Shown piece by piece: positions 23,097 to 33,465 of a DNA stretch of 56,110 nt. The stretch spans positions 1-56,110 of the IMG/VR virus record IMGVR_UViG_3300030098_005697; one strand, given 5' to 3'. Below the pieces are notes generated by a model, which searched no databases, was not told where the DNA came from, and saw only the letters and a program-made list of their open reading frames with translations. Position 1 is the first letter of the stretch; each line of letters begins with the position of its first letter. Both the position numbers and the translations under genes were made by a program. This DNA comes from a virus (Duplodnaviria; Caudoviricetes).

Positions 23097-24760
23097 GCGC
23101 ACAAGCAAGCCAGATCCTCTCCTTTCTCAGGGCACCATCCAAGTCGTTACCGGCATTGGGGCAGGTGCATGACCAGAAAACCGGAACTTTTGTCCAGTAT
23201 GATCCGACACGGCTAACGCACACTTTTCAGCAATGTGTGTTGGATTACATGACGAATCCACCCAGGACGAGTGACGGGCAGACTAAGTTCCTAACAGTGC
23301 TCACGGCTCGCCAGATGGGGAAGAGTTTGACGGCGGAGTATGCCTGTTATCCGAAAGCGGCGTACTCTCCTGGGTGGGACCATGTGTGTATTGCTGATAC
23401 CTCGGATCGTGCCGAGTATCTGCACAAGAGGGTTCATCATCTGCATGGGAAGTGGCCCGAGAAGTATCGGAGTCGAACGGTAACCAGCCGAGAGAGTCGG
23501 CAGTTGACGTTTCGGCCCTTAGAGGGTGGGAAGATGCGTATTCTCAGTGCCGAGAGTGGTGCTGTGGGTATTGGTCAGAGTCCTGACTCTTTTCATGCTT
23601 CAGAATGTGCTTTCTGGGCGGATTTTGCAGGCTCGATGTTCCTAATCTGGCCTTCTCTGGCAAATAGGGACCATGCTCTGGCGATATTTGAGTGTACGCC
23701 TTGGGAGGCAAGGAGCGATTGGCATGAGCACTGCCTTGAAGCCCGAAAAGGGATGGGGAGGCACATGTATAAGTTCTTCCCCTTCTGGGATGGGAAGCTC
23801 AACCAGAGAAAGTGGGATAATTCTTGGAAATTGGAGAATGATGAAGTTGACCTACTCTCTCGTTATGGTAACAAAGGCCTGAAGAAGGAAAATCTCGCGT
23901 TTCGTCGCATGATGCTGTCGATGGACGCTCAGTTGAGGCGAAAGCCAGAGTTTTTCAACGTTTTCTACCCATTTGATGATGTTTCGTGCTGGGTTTCGGC
24001 TGCAAATGCTGCAATTCCCAATCATGCCCTGGAAAAACACATCAACAAGGAGCTTACGGAGTGGCAAGCCCCCTATATGGAGTACGAGCAGCCAGAACCG
24101 GGTGCGGTTTACGTGATTGGGGCGGATCCAAGTGGTCATGCAGCGCGAGATCATGCCAGTTTTCAGGTCTTGAAGGTATATGATGGGGAATGGACCCAAG
24201 TTGCGACGTTTGCCACCCACTGCGACCCGCTGGTCTTTTCGCGGAAGCTTGAGCAGGTGGGGATAAAGTACAATAATGCGAATGTCGTAGTGGAATCAAA
24301 TGGTGTTGGCCAGAGTGTAATATCCTTGCTTCGAGAGTGGGATTATCCAAATATGTACTATGAAAAGAAGCGGAGGCCCGGATTCACCTCCACGGGCAAA
24401 AGCGTGGATATGGCCTTGGGGTGGACTGTCGATGCCCTGCTGGATGATCTCGTTCTGAATGACAAGGACACTCTGGTTCAACTAATGAGCTATAAGAACG
24501 ACAAGCGGATTGAAGAGGGTCCAAATAGCGAGATTGTCAGGGGCAAGGCCAGCAATCGCAGAAGAGACAGGCATCACTGGGACAAAGTGAGCGCCCTTCA
24601 GATGGCGGTTGTCGGCGCGAGGTCTGCACCTCGGAGATATAAGAAAGTTGCGCCAGATGATGAGGAGAATGTGATCGTTCTTCGCCGATATACCTTTAAC
24701 GAGAAGACCGAGCTTTTTAAGGCTCGGGAACGTCAAGACCGAAAGAAGTATTGGCTCTGA
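23093..24760 (+). CDS. terL: Terminase large subunit
   Basis: TARQMGKS Walker A, HASECAFW Walker B, ECTP coupling motif, nuclease IGADPS...VESNGVG...HWDKVSA. Confidence 0.93.
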   Translation: MSAQASQILSFLRAPSKSLPALGQVHDQKTGTFVQYDPTRLTHTFQQCVLDYMTNPPRTSDGQTKFLTVLTARQMGKSLTAEYACYPKAAYSPGWDHVCIADTSDRAEYLHKRVHHLHGKWPEKYRSRTVTSRESRQLTFRPLEGGKMRILSAESGAVGIGQSPDSFHASECAFWADFAGSMFLIWPSLANRDHALAIFECTPWEARSDWHEHCLEARKGMGRHMYKFFPFWDGKLNQRKWDNSWKLENDEVDLLSRYGNKGLKKENLAFRRMMLSMDAQLRRKPEFFNVFYPFDDVSCWVSAANAAIPNHALEKHINKELTEWQAPYMEYEQPEPGAVYVIGADPSGHAARDHASFQVLKVYDGEWTQVATFATHCDPLVFSRKLEQVGIKYNNANVVVESNGVGQSVISLLREWDYPNMYYEKKRRPGFTSTGKSVDMALGWTVDALLDDLVLNDKDTLVQLMSYKNDKRIEEGPNSEIVRGKASNRRRDRHHWDKVSALQMAVVGARSAPRRYKKVAPDDEENVIVLRRYTFNEKTELFKARERQDRKKYWL

Positions 24761-24833
24761 ATCCCGCAATCGATAATATAGCACCGGAAGGGATGCTTCA
24801 CGCAAGCCGCACAACACAAACCACGGGCAAAAA

Positions 24834-25196
24834 ATGGCACTGACAACCACCACCTATTCGATTCCGCTCACCTATAAGGTGACAACGGACACTGCGTTGT
24901 CCAATGCTGCGGTAACAAGTGTAACCGGAACAAGTGGTTCTATTTACCATATAGAGATTGTGAATGGCAATAGTCACAATGTGTATGTAAAGTTTTTCAA
25001 CTCTGCTGTTGTCACAGTAGGGACAACGGTTCCCTATGCGATTTTCCGCGCACGAGCTACTGAGACTTACATTGTTGAGATCCCAGGCGGATTAAACTTT
25101 AGCTCTGCAATCTCAATGGTTTGCACACAGACTTCAGGAGTTCCGGGGACAACGGCTCCAGGATCTGCGATCACTGTTCGACTGATGACTACATAA
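24834..25196 (+). CDS. Beta-rich probable virion protein (paralog 1)
   Basis: Thr-rich. IYHIEIVN...YVKFFN...VTVGTTVP...IPGGLNFSSAI. Confidence 0.6.
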   Translation: MALTTTTYSIPLTYKVTTDTALSNAAVTSVTGTSGSIYHIEIVNGNSHNVYVKFFNSAVVTVGTTVPYAIFRARATETYIVEIPGGLNFSSAISMVCTQTSGVPGTTAPGSAITVRLMTT

Positions 25197-25205
25197 GGAA
25201 GTATC

Positions 25206-25586
25206 ATGGCTATTAATACAACAACGGTTACGGCTACTGGCGCTGCCAAAATGGTGGTGAATACAGATACAGATGAGTCAGAAGATCTGGCTACCAATGC
25301 AGCCGCCAATCTTCAAATGATTGAGATAAACAACACAGCCAATTCGACAGTGTTTTACCTCCAGCTATGGGATGTTAACTCTGCGGGTTCTGTGGCTTGT
25401 GGGACGAATGAACCCGATTACGTGATCCCTTGCCCCGCAAGCGCTAAAATTAACTACGTGATCCCACAAGATATTACCTTTAGTGCTGGAATTGTGATGG
25501 CTGGTACGACCAATCTTGCGGCATGCTCGTACTCTCCCGCTGGTCCTTCTGCCACTGTTCGTGTCACTTTCCTCTTGGCTTCATAA
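25206..25586 (+). CDS. Beta-rich probable virion protein (paralog 2)
   Basis: LQMIEINN...YLQLWD...VACGTNEP...IPQDITFSAGI aligns with the preceding gene. Confidence 0.6.
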   Translation: MAINTTTVTATGAAKMVVNTDTDESEDLATNAAANLQMIEINNTANSTVFYLQLWDVNSAGSVACGTNEPDYVIPCPASAKINYVIPQDITFSAGIVMAGTTNLAACSYSPAGPSATVRVTFLLAS

Positions 25587-27409
25587 TGGCTCTTGACCCC
25601 AAAACTCTGAAATCAATCATCAGTGCCCATGTGACTAAAGCTCAGAAAGAGCACAAAACATGGGACAAATGGCGTGCGTGGTATCGCTCAGAGTTCTGGG
25701 GAGACCACACAACCTCGGATGATTCCCTCCTCATCGAAAACAACTACCTGTATGCGTTCTGCGATACGATGGTTGCCAGCGTTTGTCCACCTAATCCGCG
25801 AGTTACCTGTGTTAGTCGAAGGTCGGATGATGAGGCCAAGCAAGCCGCTAAATATCGGGAAGCTCTGATCAATGATGTCTTGTACCGAACTGAGGCTCAT
25901 AAAATTTTGTGGAAAATGAGCACTCATGCAAGTGTGTATCCACGAGGCGTGATGAAGTCTGTTTGGAACTTCACGAAGAAGCGCCCAGACTTCGTTTTGT
26001 TGGATCCTCGGTACTTCTTTTTTGATCTATCTGTGAGTCGCTGGGAAGATATTCGGTATGCCATCGAGGCGACTACCATCACTAAGGCAGAATTCTTCAG
26101 TCGTTCCGCTACCCGCAAAAAGAAACACTCCCGGTCGATGCAATACGACCCAGGAGTGGCAAAAAAAGCGAAGTTTGGGAGTTTTCCCAAATGGCTGAAG
26201 GACAGTGAAAACACCTCGGCAACGATTACGGAGAAAGTCCGTGAAGTCTTTGAGTGGATCACTGTCTATGAAGTCTATGACTTCACGAATGATATGTATT
26301 ATCATATGCTGGAAGACCAGGAAGATCCTCTATTTGCAGGAGAGCTTCCATATGTCTTTGTGCGCAACCCCTTTACCATCCTCACCTTTAATGAGAATCT
26401 GGCTGACATCGGTGGAATGTCGGACAGCCAGTTGGTGGAACGGCAGCAGCGGAGATTGAATGAGTTGGATACGCTGGAGCTTCGGCACGCCCAGGCAAGT
26501 ATCCCAGTTACTGTGATTAATGAGGGGCTATGCGATGATCCAGAGGATTTCGCAGATCAAGTCTCTACTGCGACCAGCCCAGGCGATGTGGTAAGGCTCC
26601 ACGGGAAGAACGCGGCTCCACTAAATGATATTATTGGAATGACCCCAACTTCTTCTCTAATCCCTGAGTTTGGGATGATTCGGGATCGAATTGAGTCAAC
26701 CGTTCAGTTTGTGTTAGGGATCCCAGAGTACGCTCGCGGTGTGGCTGGTACTTCTGAGGTGGCGACTGAACTTGCTCTTGTAGATGCCGCGATGCGTACC
26801 CGCCTTGGGCGACGAACCAAGATGATCAATAGTGTCATCAAGCATATGGCAGAGAGTATCATTGGACTGTATGAGGAATACCTAACTTCTTCCAAAGAAA
26901 TCCCTGTCCGAGTTTCAGGCACGATGGAAGCCATGACTGTTGCTCGTAAGCATCTGATTGCTCGGAACCCCCAAACAGCCGAGACGATGCTCGCCATGGG
27001 TCAACACCCTGAAGAGCCACTTGAGATTGACTATGAAGTTGTTCCCTATTCACCGACAGAGAACAGCAAGTCTGCCCAAATTAAGAAGCTGACCCAGTTT
27101 ATGGATCTTCTGCTTCAGAATCCCAATATTGACCAACGAAAACTAACTTCACATATGCTGGATGTTTTGGATATCGGTGCTGATGTGATGGTGAGCGAAG
27201 AAGAGGTTGCTGCCCAACAGCAGCAACAGCAAGAAATGGCAATGATGGAGGCCCAAGCAGGACAACAGGCAGGTCCCGCTGTTCCAGGAACTGAGGATAC
27301 AATCGCAACCGGAGGAATGCCCGCCGGAGTGCCCCCCATTGCCACTGGCGCCCAAGGTCCGATGGTCGGGGGTGCTGGAATGGTCTCCCCTGAACCAGGA
27401 TTAATGTAA
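25586..27409 (+). CDS. Portal protein
   Basis: About 607 aa from MALDPK (TAATG overlap). Follows TerL. GVMKSVW, ATE motif, Gln/Pro/Met-rich tail typical of podovirus portals. Confidence 0.85.
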   Translation: MALDPKTLKSIISAHVTKAQKEHKTWDKWRAWYRSEFWGDHTTSDDSLLIENNYLYAFCDTMVASVCPPNPRVTCVSRRSDDEAKQAAKYREALINDVLYRTEAHKILWKMSTHASVYPRGVMKSVWNFTKKRPDFVLLDPRYFFFDLSVSRWEDIRYAIEATTITKAEFFSRSATRKKKHSRSMQYDPGVAKKAKFGSFPKWLKDSENTSATITEKVREVFEWITVYEVYDFTNDMYYHMLEDQEDPLFAGELPYVFVRNPFTILTFNENLADIGGMSDSQLVERQQRRLNELDTLELRHAQASIPVTVINEGLCDDPEDFADQVSTATSPGDVVRLHGKNAAPLNDIIGMTPTSSLIPEFGMIRDRIESTVQFVLGIPEYARGVAGTSEVATELALVDAAMRTRLGRRTKMINSVIKHMAESIIGLYEEYLTSSKEIPVRVSGTMEAMTVARKHLIARNPQTAETMLAMGQHPEEPLEIDYEVVPYSPTENSKSAQIKKLTQFMDLLLQNPNIDQRKLTSHMLDVLDIGADVMVSEEEVAAQQQQQQEMAMMEAQAGQQAGPAVPGTEDTIATGGMPAGVPPIATGAQGPMVGGAGMVSPEPGLM

Positions 27410-27762
27410 TGGCTGATGGCTGGATTGAAGAGGAACGCGCGCGTGTTCAAGGCAGGCTGGATACTCTCCAGGAACGAGACTCAGGATCCTCCGAGGATGC
27501 ATCTGCGGTGTCCCCCAGTGAGGAGGGGCGAGGCTCATTAGGCCGACGAGTGCGAGAGTCTTTTAGGAATAGGGACACAAGGCAAGCCGCGCTAAACAAC
27601 CTCACGGGCAAAGCCAAAAAAGCAGGACGTACTGCGATTTCGACAGCAGAAGGACAAGAGGGTCTTGCAAGGGCTGGCCGGAAACTTAAGGGTGAGAATT
27701 TGGCCCAGCCGCTGACAAGCGGTGGGATTGCTGAGTGGCGAAAACGAATATACGGAGGGTGA
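27409..27762 (+). CDS. Hypothetical protein
   Basis: TAATG-coupled to the portal gene. Confidence 0.6.
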   Translation: MADGWIEEERARVQGRLDTLQERDSGSSEDASAVSPSEEGRGSLGRRVRESFRNRDTRQAALNNLTGKAKKAGRTAISTAEGQEGLARAGRKLKGENLAQPLTSGGIAEWRKRIYGG

Positions 27763-27763
27763 T

Positions 27764-28132
27764 ATGCCCCTTTTTGATCAAGAATGTCCCAACTGTGGTG
27801 TACAAGAAGTGCTTTGCTCGTCTGAACGTGCGGTTATCTGTGAGATTTGTGGTGGGCCAGCCAAAGTGCTCCCCAGCGCATTCAACCTCTCGGGCATTAT
27901 CTGGAGCAACACAGAAAGCTCCAGCCAACTCGGTGTTACCTGGAACACAAACAAAGAAAAGCGCGAATGGTTTAAGAGGCACCCCAACGTGACTCCGGTA
28001 TCTAAAGGCTCCCCAGCAGATACGGATTTCAAGAACAATATTCGACAGAAAGCGGACAATCTTGCTAAGAAAGCAGGATTCCAAAATGTCCAAAAATTCA
28101 TCAAAGAAAAGAAGAAGGCTCTACCTTCGTAG
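27764..28132 (+). CDS. FmdB-like zinc-ribbon protein
   Basis: MPLFDQECPNCG...CEICGG. GGAGG RBS. Confidence 0.8.
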   Translation: MPLFDQECPNCGVQEVLCSSERAVICEICGGPAKVLPSAFNLSGIIWSNTESSSQLGVTWNTNKEKREWFKRHPNVTPVSKGSPADTDFKNNIRQKADNLAKKAGFQNVQKFIKEKKKALPS

Positions 28133-28177
28133 TCAAGTTTCTTGACATCAACCCCATGGAATAGGTAAGAAAGGATC

Positions 28178-28501
28178 ATGCCTGAGTTTGATGAGCAAGC
28201 TTTATTGAATCTTCCTCTTGAGGAACTTAAAGACTTTGTGGTTAAGCACCTTGAGGCCATAGGTTCGGCACCCCCTCAGACAGAAACTTCTCCCCCCTCT
28301 CCCGCCTCCCTGCCAGAGCAAACCGCTGCTCCTGCTCCACCCACTGCCGAAGTTGTTGCGCCCGCAGGAATGGGAGCAGAAAGACAAGAAAGTGGAATGG
28401 CAGAGGACCCCTTCTCCCCTGAATCTCGACTTTCTGCTGCGCGCGCAGCAATCAGCCGTCAGCAGCGAATTCGAGAAAACCCTCCAAAGGATATTTACTA
28501 A
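28178..28501 (+). CDS. Hypothetical Pro/Ala-rich protein
   Basis: AAGGA RBS, in the head operon. Confidence 0.6.
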   Translation: MPEFDEQALLNLPLEELKDFVVKHLEAIGSAPPQTETSPPSPASLPEQTAAPAPPTAEVVAPAGMGAERQESGMAEDPFSPESRLSAARAAISRQQRIRENPPKDIY

Positions 28502-28902
28502 TGCCTGGAACTCCTGAAGAATACAAAGCAAGCCCCGATTACTCGAAGGCGGCGAGCATGATTGATGATCTTATTGCAAGCGGAGAGGCCTCGGGTGATT
28601 CCATTCTTTCTGCTTTGTCGGATTCCGGTCTTCGTGTCTACGCCGAAGGGGCCATGGATGGACCGGAGGAAGAAATGCCTGGAGAAATGTCCGAGGGAGA
28701 GATGGGCATGGATCCTGAGATGTCCACAGAAGGAATGCCCATGGAAGAGCCTCCCGGAGAAGGTCCCGGAGAAGGCCCATCCATGATTGGTGGCCCTGAA
28801 CAAGGGGGCCGAGGAATGCTAATTGAGGCGGTTCGCTTCGGTCTTGCAAAAGACAAAGAGAAGAAGAATAGCCGCAAGAAGCAGGAGGAAGAATACGAAT
28901 GA
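28501..28902 (+). CDS. Hypothetical acidic Met/Gly/Pro-rich protein
   Basis: TAATG coupling. EEMPGEMSEGEMGM low-complexity tract. Confidence 0.6.
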   Translation: MPGTPEEYKASPDYSKAASMIDDLIASGEASGDSILSALSDSGLRVYAEGAMDGPEEEMPGEMSEGEMGMDPEMSTEGMPMEEPPGEGPGEGPSMIGGPEQGGRGMLIEAVRFGLAKDKEKKNSRKKQEEEYE

Positions 28903-29828
28903 GTGAAGTTCAGACCAGCCCTGCCCCTGCTGAGGCCGCTCCAGCGGTTGATGTTGGTGCTGTGGAGTCTCCCGCTCCGTCCGGAGAAATGACGGAACAA
29001 TCCGTGGAAGTTTTGTCTTCCGCCCCAGAAGGAGAATTACTTGATTCTCCAACCGATGAGACACCAGCCCCTTGGGATCACACATCCTGGGATGGCAACC
29101 TTGATAACCTCCCTGATACCTTGCAAGAGCCTGTGCGGTTTCTTCATAAGCAGCTTGAGGGCGGGTATACCAAGAAGTTCCAAAATCTCTCAAATGAGCG
29201 AAAAGCTTTTGATGCTGCGCGCTCTGAATGGGAGAAGAAGAATAGCTCTTGGGAAGACGCCAAAGCTTCTATGGAGAGCGAACTAAAGATCTTGCGTACA
29301 CTTATGGATGGTGGAGAGGACCCGAGACTCAAAGAGTTTCGAGACCAATATCAATCCACTGCCCAAGAGTTGAAGGATCTTCGGGAAGAACATGAGAAGT
29401 TCAAAGCCTTCGTTCAGAAGGATATCGATGCACAGGCTCGAACCTATGCAGAGAACTTTAAAGCGCAGCACAGCGACATCTTCGAGAGTCCTGAAAAGCG
29501 TGAAGAACTTTCCGGGTTGCTTGACCAACGATGGACTCCGGAGGAAGCGGTTAAGCTCATGGGCTTGGACAAGAAGGTGATTGAGCTTGCATCCGAGCTT
29601 AAAGAGAAGGGTGTACCCCCCGAAATAGCAGTTGAACACGCTATTATGAAAACGGGTGCAACCACTCCTCGCAAGCCCCGACCAGGGGCACAACTCACCT
29701 CTGGGGCAAAAAGCCAGAACAACCCAGCGAGCGCTCGCCGCTCAATTAACAATGCCAGTAGCTCTCGTGAAGCCCGTCTTATGGCGGCTCGTGAAGCAGT
29801 TAACTGGCGCTCCAAAAACAAACTCTAA
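28899..29828 (+). CDS. Capsid scaffolding protein
   Basis: Acidic disordered N-terminus, GYTKKFQ motif, coiled coil, immediately before the MCP. Confidence 0.75.
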   Translation: MSEVQTSPAPAEAAPAVDVGAVESPAPSGEMTEQSVEVLSSAPEGELLDSPTDETPAPWDHTSWDGNLDNLPDTLQEPVRFLHKQLEGGYTKKFQNLSNERKAFDAARSEWEKKNSSWEDAKASMESELKILRTLMDGGEDPRLKEFRDQYQSTAQELKDLREEHEKFKAFVQKDIDAQARTYAENFKAQHSDIFESPEKREELSGLLDQRWTPEEAVKLMGLDKKVIELASELKEKGVPPEIAVEHAIMKTGATTPRKPRPGAQLTSGAKSQNNPASARRSINNASSSREARLMAAREAVNWRSKNKL

Positions 29829-29843
29829 AGGCTGGAGACTTAG

Positions 29844-30920
29844 ATGCCTACCAACGCCGACGTTCTCAATTTTGCAACACAGAAACTACTCCCCAAGTGG
29901 ACCGAGCAGTTTTATCAAGCTCACCCTGTCCTGGATAAAATCATCCTTAAGGGCAATATCGAGCGCTCCTCTCACGGTGGACCCTACATCGAGTTCCCGA
30001 TCATCACCAATGGTCCTGGTGCAGTCACTCGCATCGAGACTGGTTCTGAGGTTTACTCTTCAACCCGTCGTACCATCGGTAACCGGGGTAAGGTGTATGC
30101 TCCTCGGATGATCTATTCTTTCATCATCCCGGGCAAAGATCTCGCGGAAGCAAGCGGTGAAACCGCTATTGCTCGCCTCATCAAGATCTATCCAGAAGCT
30201 GCTTTGATGGAATTCCACGAGTACATCGTGAGCCAGATGGTCAATGGTAATGGTGCTACCAACAACGTTCAGGGCTTCATGACCATGAACGGTGACACCA
30301 CTTATGACACGACGGGTTCCAGTGAAGATGGTGTCTTTGACTTTGCTACCTATGGTAGCCAGACAGGCACCGTCTTTGGTCTGGATAAGAACACGGTTAC
30401 TGACTGGCAGAACCAGTATCAGAACGTGACGAGCTTCGCGACCAATGGCCGCTCTCAGATGCGTCGTGTTTATTGGGATGCTTCACTTCAGGGCAAGCAG
30501 GGTGGACCTGTTGATCTGATGCTTGGAGACATCGTTTCTTTCAACAACTACTATGATGATCTTGATGATCAGGTTCGCTACCAAGTGAAGACCAGCGGCG
30601 AAGCTGGCCGCGCTGTTCGTCAGGGACTGATGTTCCAAGAGGCTGAATTCTATGTTGAGCCTTCCCTGGACACCAGCCTTACTGAGTTTGCCTCTGCACG
30701 TCGGAACAAGGGAGTGATCTACTTCCTGAAATCTGACACTTGGCATCTCTACACCATGGGTGAAGACAGCGGCATGGAAACCAAGGGTGACTTCGCAATG
30801 CGCGGCCCTGTTAAGGTTCCTGGCCAAGATGCTTGGGAATGGGAAATCGTTCTCTCCATGCAAGCTTACTGTGATCGGCTTAATGCCAATGGCGTTGTAG
30901 CTGGTACGGCAATCTCTTAA
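29844..30920 (+). CDS. Major capsid protein
   Basis: 358 aa after the scaffold gene. GGPYIEFPII E-loop-like motif and strongly biased codon usage. Confidence 0.85.
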   Translation: MPTNADVLNFATQKLLPKWTEQFYQAHPVLDKIILKGNIERSSHGGPYIEFPIITNGPGAVTRIETGSEVYSSTRRTIGNRGKVYAPRMIYSFIIPGKDLAEASGETAIARLIKIYPEAALMEFHEYIVSQMVNGNGATNNVQGFMTMNGDTTYDTTGSSEDGVFDFATYGSQTGTVFGLDKNTVTDWQNQYQNVTSFATNGRSQMRRVYWDASLQGKQGGPVDLMLGDIVSFNNYYDDLDDQVRYQVKTSGEAGRAVRQGLMFQEAEFYVEPSLDTSLTEFASARRNKGVIYFLKSDTWHLYTMGEDSGMETKGDFAMRGPVKVPGQDAWEWEIVLSMQAYCDRLNANGVVAGTAIS

Positions 30921-30946
30921 TCATCAAGGAATAAAGGAGAAATATT

Positions 30947-31471
30947 ATGTCTTCAACTCGTACTATGGGTATTGCCGTCACTGACGTTAGTACCGAGCAA
31001 AAGTTGCCTCTCGGCTTCAAATATACTGAGGCTGCCTCTGGTGATGATATGGGAGAGCGTACTTGGGTGTATGTTTTCAATGATGGTGGAGCCAGCTTGA
31101 CCGCTGGGTGTGCTGCCTTCCGTGACCCAAGTGCTGCAAATGCATCGGATCCAGCAGGTAAGATGTACGGCGTGTTCATCGCTGCTTCTGGTACAGTCTA
31201 CCCGGCTGTGTCTGTTGTCGGTGTGGCTCAGCATACGATTGCTGCTGGCTCCTATGGCTTTATTCAGTGTAAAGGCAAGGGTCTTGTACTGAATGGTACT
31301 GCTGATATTACCGCAGATACGCCCATTACCACAGGTGGCGACGAGAATGGCGCTTGCATCGACTATGCTGATGGAGCGTCAACGCGGCATGCGGTTATTG
31401 CTTTCTCACTCGAAGCAGAAGCCACTAATGATGTCACGTTTGATGCCTACATCAACTGCCTTGGTGCTTAG
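30947..31471 (+). CDS. Capsid decoration/cement protein
   Basis: Follows MCP with strong RBS. WVYV...VVGVAQHTIAAGSYGFIQCKG pattern. Confidence 0.7.
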   Translation: MSSTRTMGIAVTDVSTEQKLPLGFKYTEAASGDDMGERTWVYVFNDGGASLTAGCAAFRDPSAANASDPAGKMYGVFIAASGTVYPAVSVVGVAQHTIAAGSYGFIQCKGKGLVLNGTADITADTPITTGGDENGACIDYADGASTRHAVIAFSLEAEATNDVTFDAYINCLGA

Positions 31472-31474
31472 TAG

Positions 31475-32959
31475 ATGAATAAAGGTGAAATCCGAACTCG
31501 GATCCTGGAACAGGTAGATTGGAATCCAAGCCAGTCTACCGACTTCAAGGGCAAAGTCGATAGGCTCATTAATCGGGCATATCAGACGTTGTCCTTGGAG
31601 GCTCCATTCCTTTTCTTCGAAGAAGAAGCTCGGATTATCACCCAGCCCGATGTGTCTTCGGACACAGCCATCACTGCTGATCGGTTGGCGGTAAACTCTA
31701 CCGATCAGTATGTTTTGGAGCGGGTATTTGCGACGAGTTTGTCCCCGGCTCCGCAGGCCTGGAATATAACTGGGCAGTGGGATTCTCGAATGATCGAGGT
31801 AACCACTTCAGGGGGCACAGTTTACCGTCGTCGAATCCGTGAGATTTGGCGAGATGAGGGTGGTGGGAACTATTTGGACCGTATCAGTATTGATCGGCCT
31901 TGGCCCAATTCTTCTGATTCTGACATGACATACCGAATTTACACCGCAGCTTACGAGCTTCCAGCGGATGTAGTCGAGCTTCGTTCTGCTCGGTTGTATG
32001 CTGACCAGCACTATGTACTGGAGGTAATGACGCAGCAGGACATGGAGCGCTATGAGTATGTTGATTATCAGGGAGATCAAGTGGGTCGTCCTTCTCGACT
32101 ATTTCGAGGAAGACACTGGCAAATCGACGCTCCGACCCGCGCACCCACAACTTCGATAGCAGACCAGGAACAGACTGTGGCTTGGAAGGGTCCACAACCC
32201 TTGGGCAAGTTCGACTTCTGCTATACATATGTCTGGGGTAAGCGCGAGTCAGAGTTGGCTGCCCCTTCAGGAAATGCAGAGCCACGCTGGGAAAGCGCGC
32301 CTTCTCCTATTAGCTCTACAGTCGAAGTCTCCTCAGACAGCCAGAGCATCACCTTGGGCCTTCCCAATGTTGACCAAGAGTTGAATTTCTACCAGGAGCA
32401 CAGTGGTTCTGCTGTTGTTGACCCTATTCGAAAAGGACGTTCTGGACTTAAAAAGAGGATCTACCTTCGAAGATACACCTCTACTCCGTCCACTTCGGTC
32501 CCAACAATTCCAGATATCGAAACCCCAGAGATCTTCTTCCTCCTTGCCGAGGTAGACGGGGACACACTTTCTTACACAATAGATGGTGCGGTGGTCCCTG
32601 ATTACTATCGAAGACTAAAAGAAACTCATGGGTATCAAGCCATCCGTTTTTGGCCCATGCCCGACAATAGTTTCGATGTAGATTGCCGTGTTTTGCGTCG
32701 GCCCCAACCGCTGGTCCATGATCACGATGCCCCCCGCGTTCATGAGGAGGCTGTGGATGCCCTTATACAGCGCGCTCTCATCTTTTTCTACGAGATGAAT
32801 GGGCAGTATGATGTCTCTCAGATGGCTGATATGCGCTATCGTGAAATGCTCGTTACTCTCACTAAGCGCTATGGACAAATTAAAGGACGACGGACCAGGA
32901 AGCGCTTTGCCCGGGTTGACCGGCCAGTACGTGAAGTCCGCGTTGTCTATAAGCCCTAA
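31475..32959 (+). CDS. Head-tail adaptor (tail tubular A-like) with inserted beta domains
   Basis: N-terminal EIRTRI...RLINRAY, YELPAD, GRPS, C-terminal IRFWPMPD...DALIQRA. Confidence 0.7.
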   Translation: MNKGEIRTRILEQVDWNPSQSTDFKGKVDRLINRAYQTLSLEAPFLFFEEEARIITQPDVSSDTAITADRLAVNSTDQYVLERVFATSLSPAPQAWNITGQWDSRMIEVTTSGGTVYRRRIREIWRDEGGGNYLDRISIDRPWPNSSDSDMTYRIYTAAYELPADVVELRSARLYADQHYVLEVMTQQDMERYEYVDYQGDQVGRPSRLFRGRHWQIDAPTRAPTTSIADQEQTVAWKGPQPLGKFDFCYTYVWGKRESELAAPSGNAEPRWESAPSPISSTVEVSSDSQSITLGLPNVDQELNFYQEHSGSAVVDPIRKGRSGLKKRIYLRRYTSTPSTSVPTIPDIETPEIFFLLAEVDGDTLSYTIDGAVVPDYYRRLKETHGYQAIRFWPMPDNSFDVDCRVLRRPQPLVHDHDAPRVHEEAVDALIQRALIFFYEMNGQYDVSQMADMRYREMLVTLTKRYGQIKGRRTRKRFARVDRPVREVRVVYKP

Positions 32960-32974
32960 TGAGGAGTCTTTCCT

Positions 32975-33439
32975 ATGCAACGTGAAGTTTATCCAGCCCC
33001 AGACCCAAACGTCCTCTTCTACCAGCGAAAACTTGATAATGGACGAACAGAGTTTGCCTCAATGCAATCTCTCCAGAAGTATGAGGGAACGTCTTGGCGA
33101 GGACGATTCTTCATCCCTGGGCAGGCCGCCATCGTCCTCGACCAGTATTCCACTGAGCTTAAGCACTGGGAACCGGTTTACGCTCTCACGCAACAAGACA
33201 TTGAAATGCTCATTGAGCGGGTCGCCCAGCGAGTCACAGATCTTCTCGGTAACCGTGATGTCTCTGCTCCGGAGATTGTGGCCGCGAGTATGGAAGTTGC
33301 TAACTCGAAAGATGTTCCTGCTGCTATCCGTGTGGCTACCAAGAAAACAAAACCAAAAGAAAGACTGACGTGCAAAGTTTGCAACCGAAAGTTTAAGACG
33401 GTTCAAGGTCGAAAAGTCCATGAGGCTCGGTCCCACTAA
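32975..33439 (+). CDS. Protein with C-terminal C2H2 zinc finger
   Basis: LTCKVCNRKFKTVQGRKVHEARSH = C-x2-C-x3-F-x8-H-x4-H. Confidence 0.75.
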   Translation: MQREVYPAPDPNVLFYQRKLDNGRTEFASMQSLQKYEGTSWRGRFFIPGQAAIVLDQYSTELKHWEPVYALTQQDIEMLIERVAQRVTDLLGNRDVSAPEIVAASMEVANSKDVPAAIRVATKKTKPKERLTCKVCNRKFKTVQGRKVHEARSH

Positions 33440-33465
33440 AATGGGAGGGAAACAGGAGGTAATAG

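Noticed and set aside
28142-28171. TTGACA before the head genes as a sigma70 promoter
   Set aside because: The -10 match is poor and would leave almost no leader before the ATG at 28178. Kept only as part of the GTCAAG/CTTGAC palindrome.
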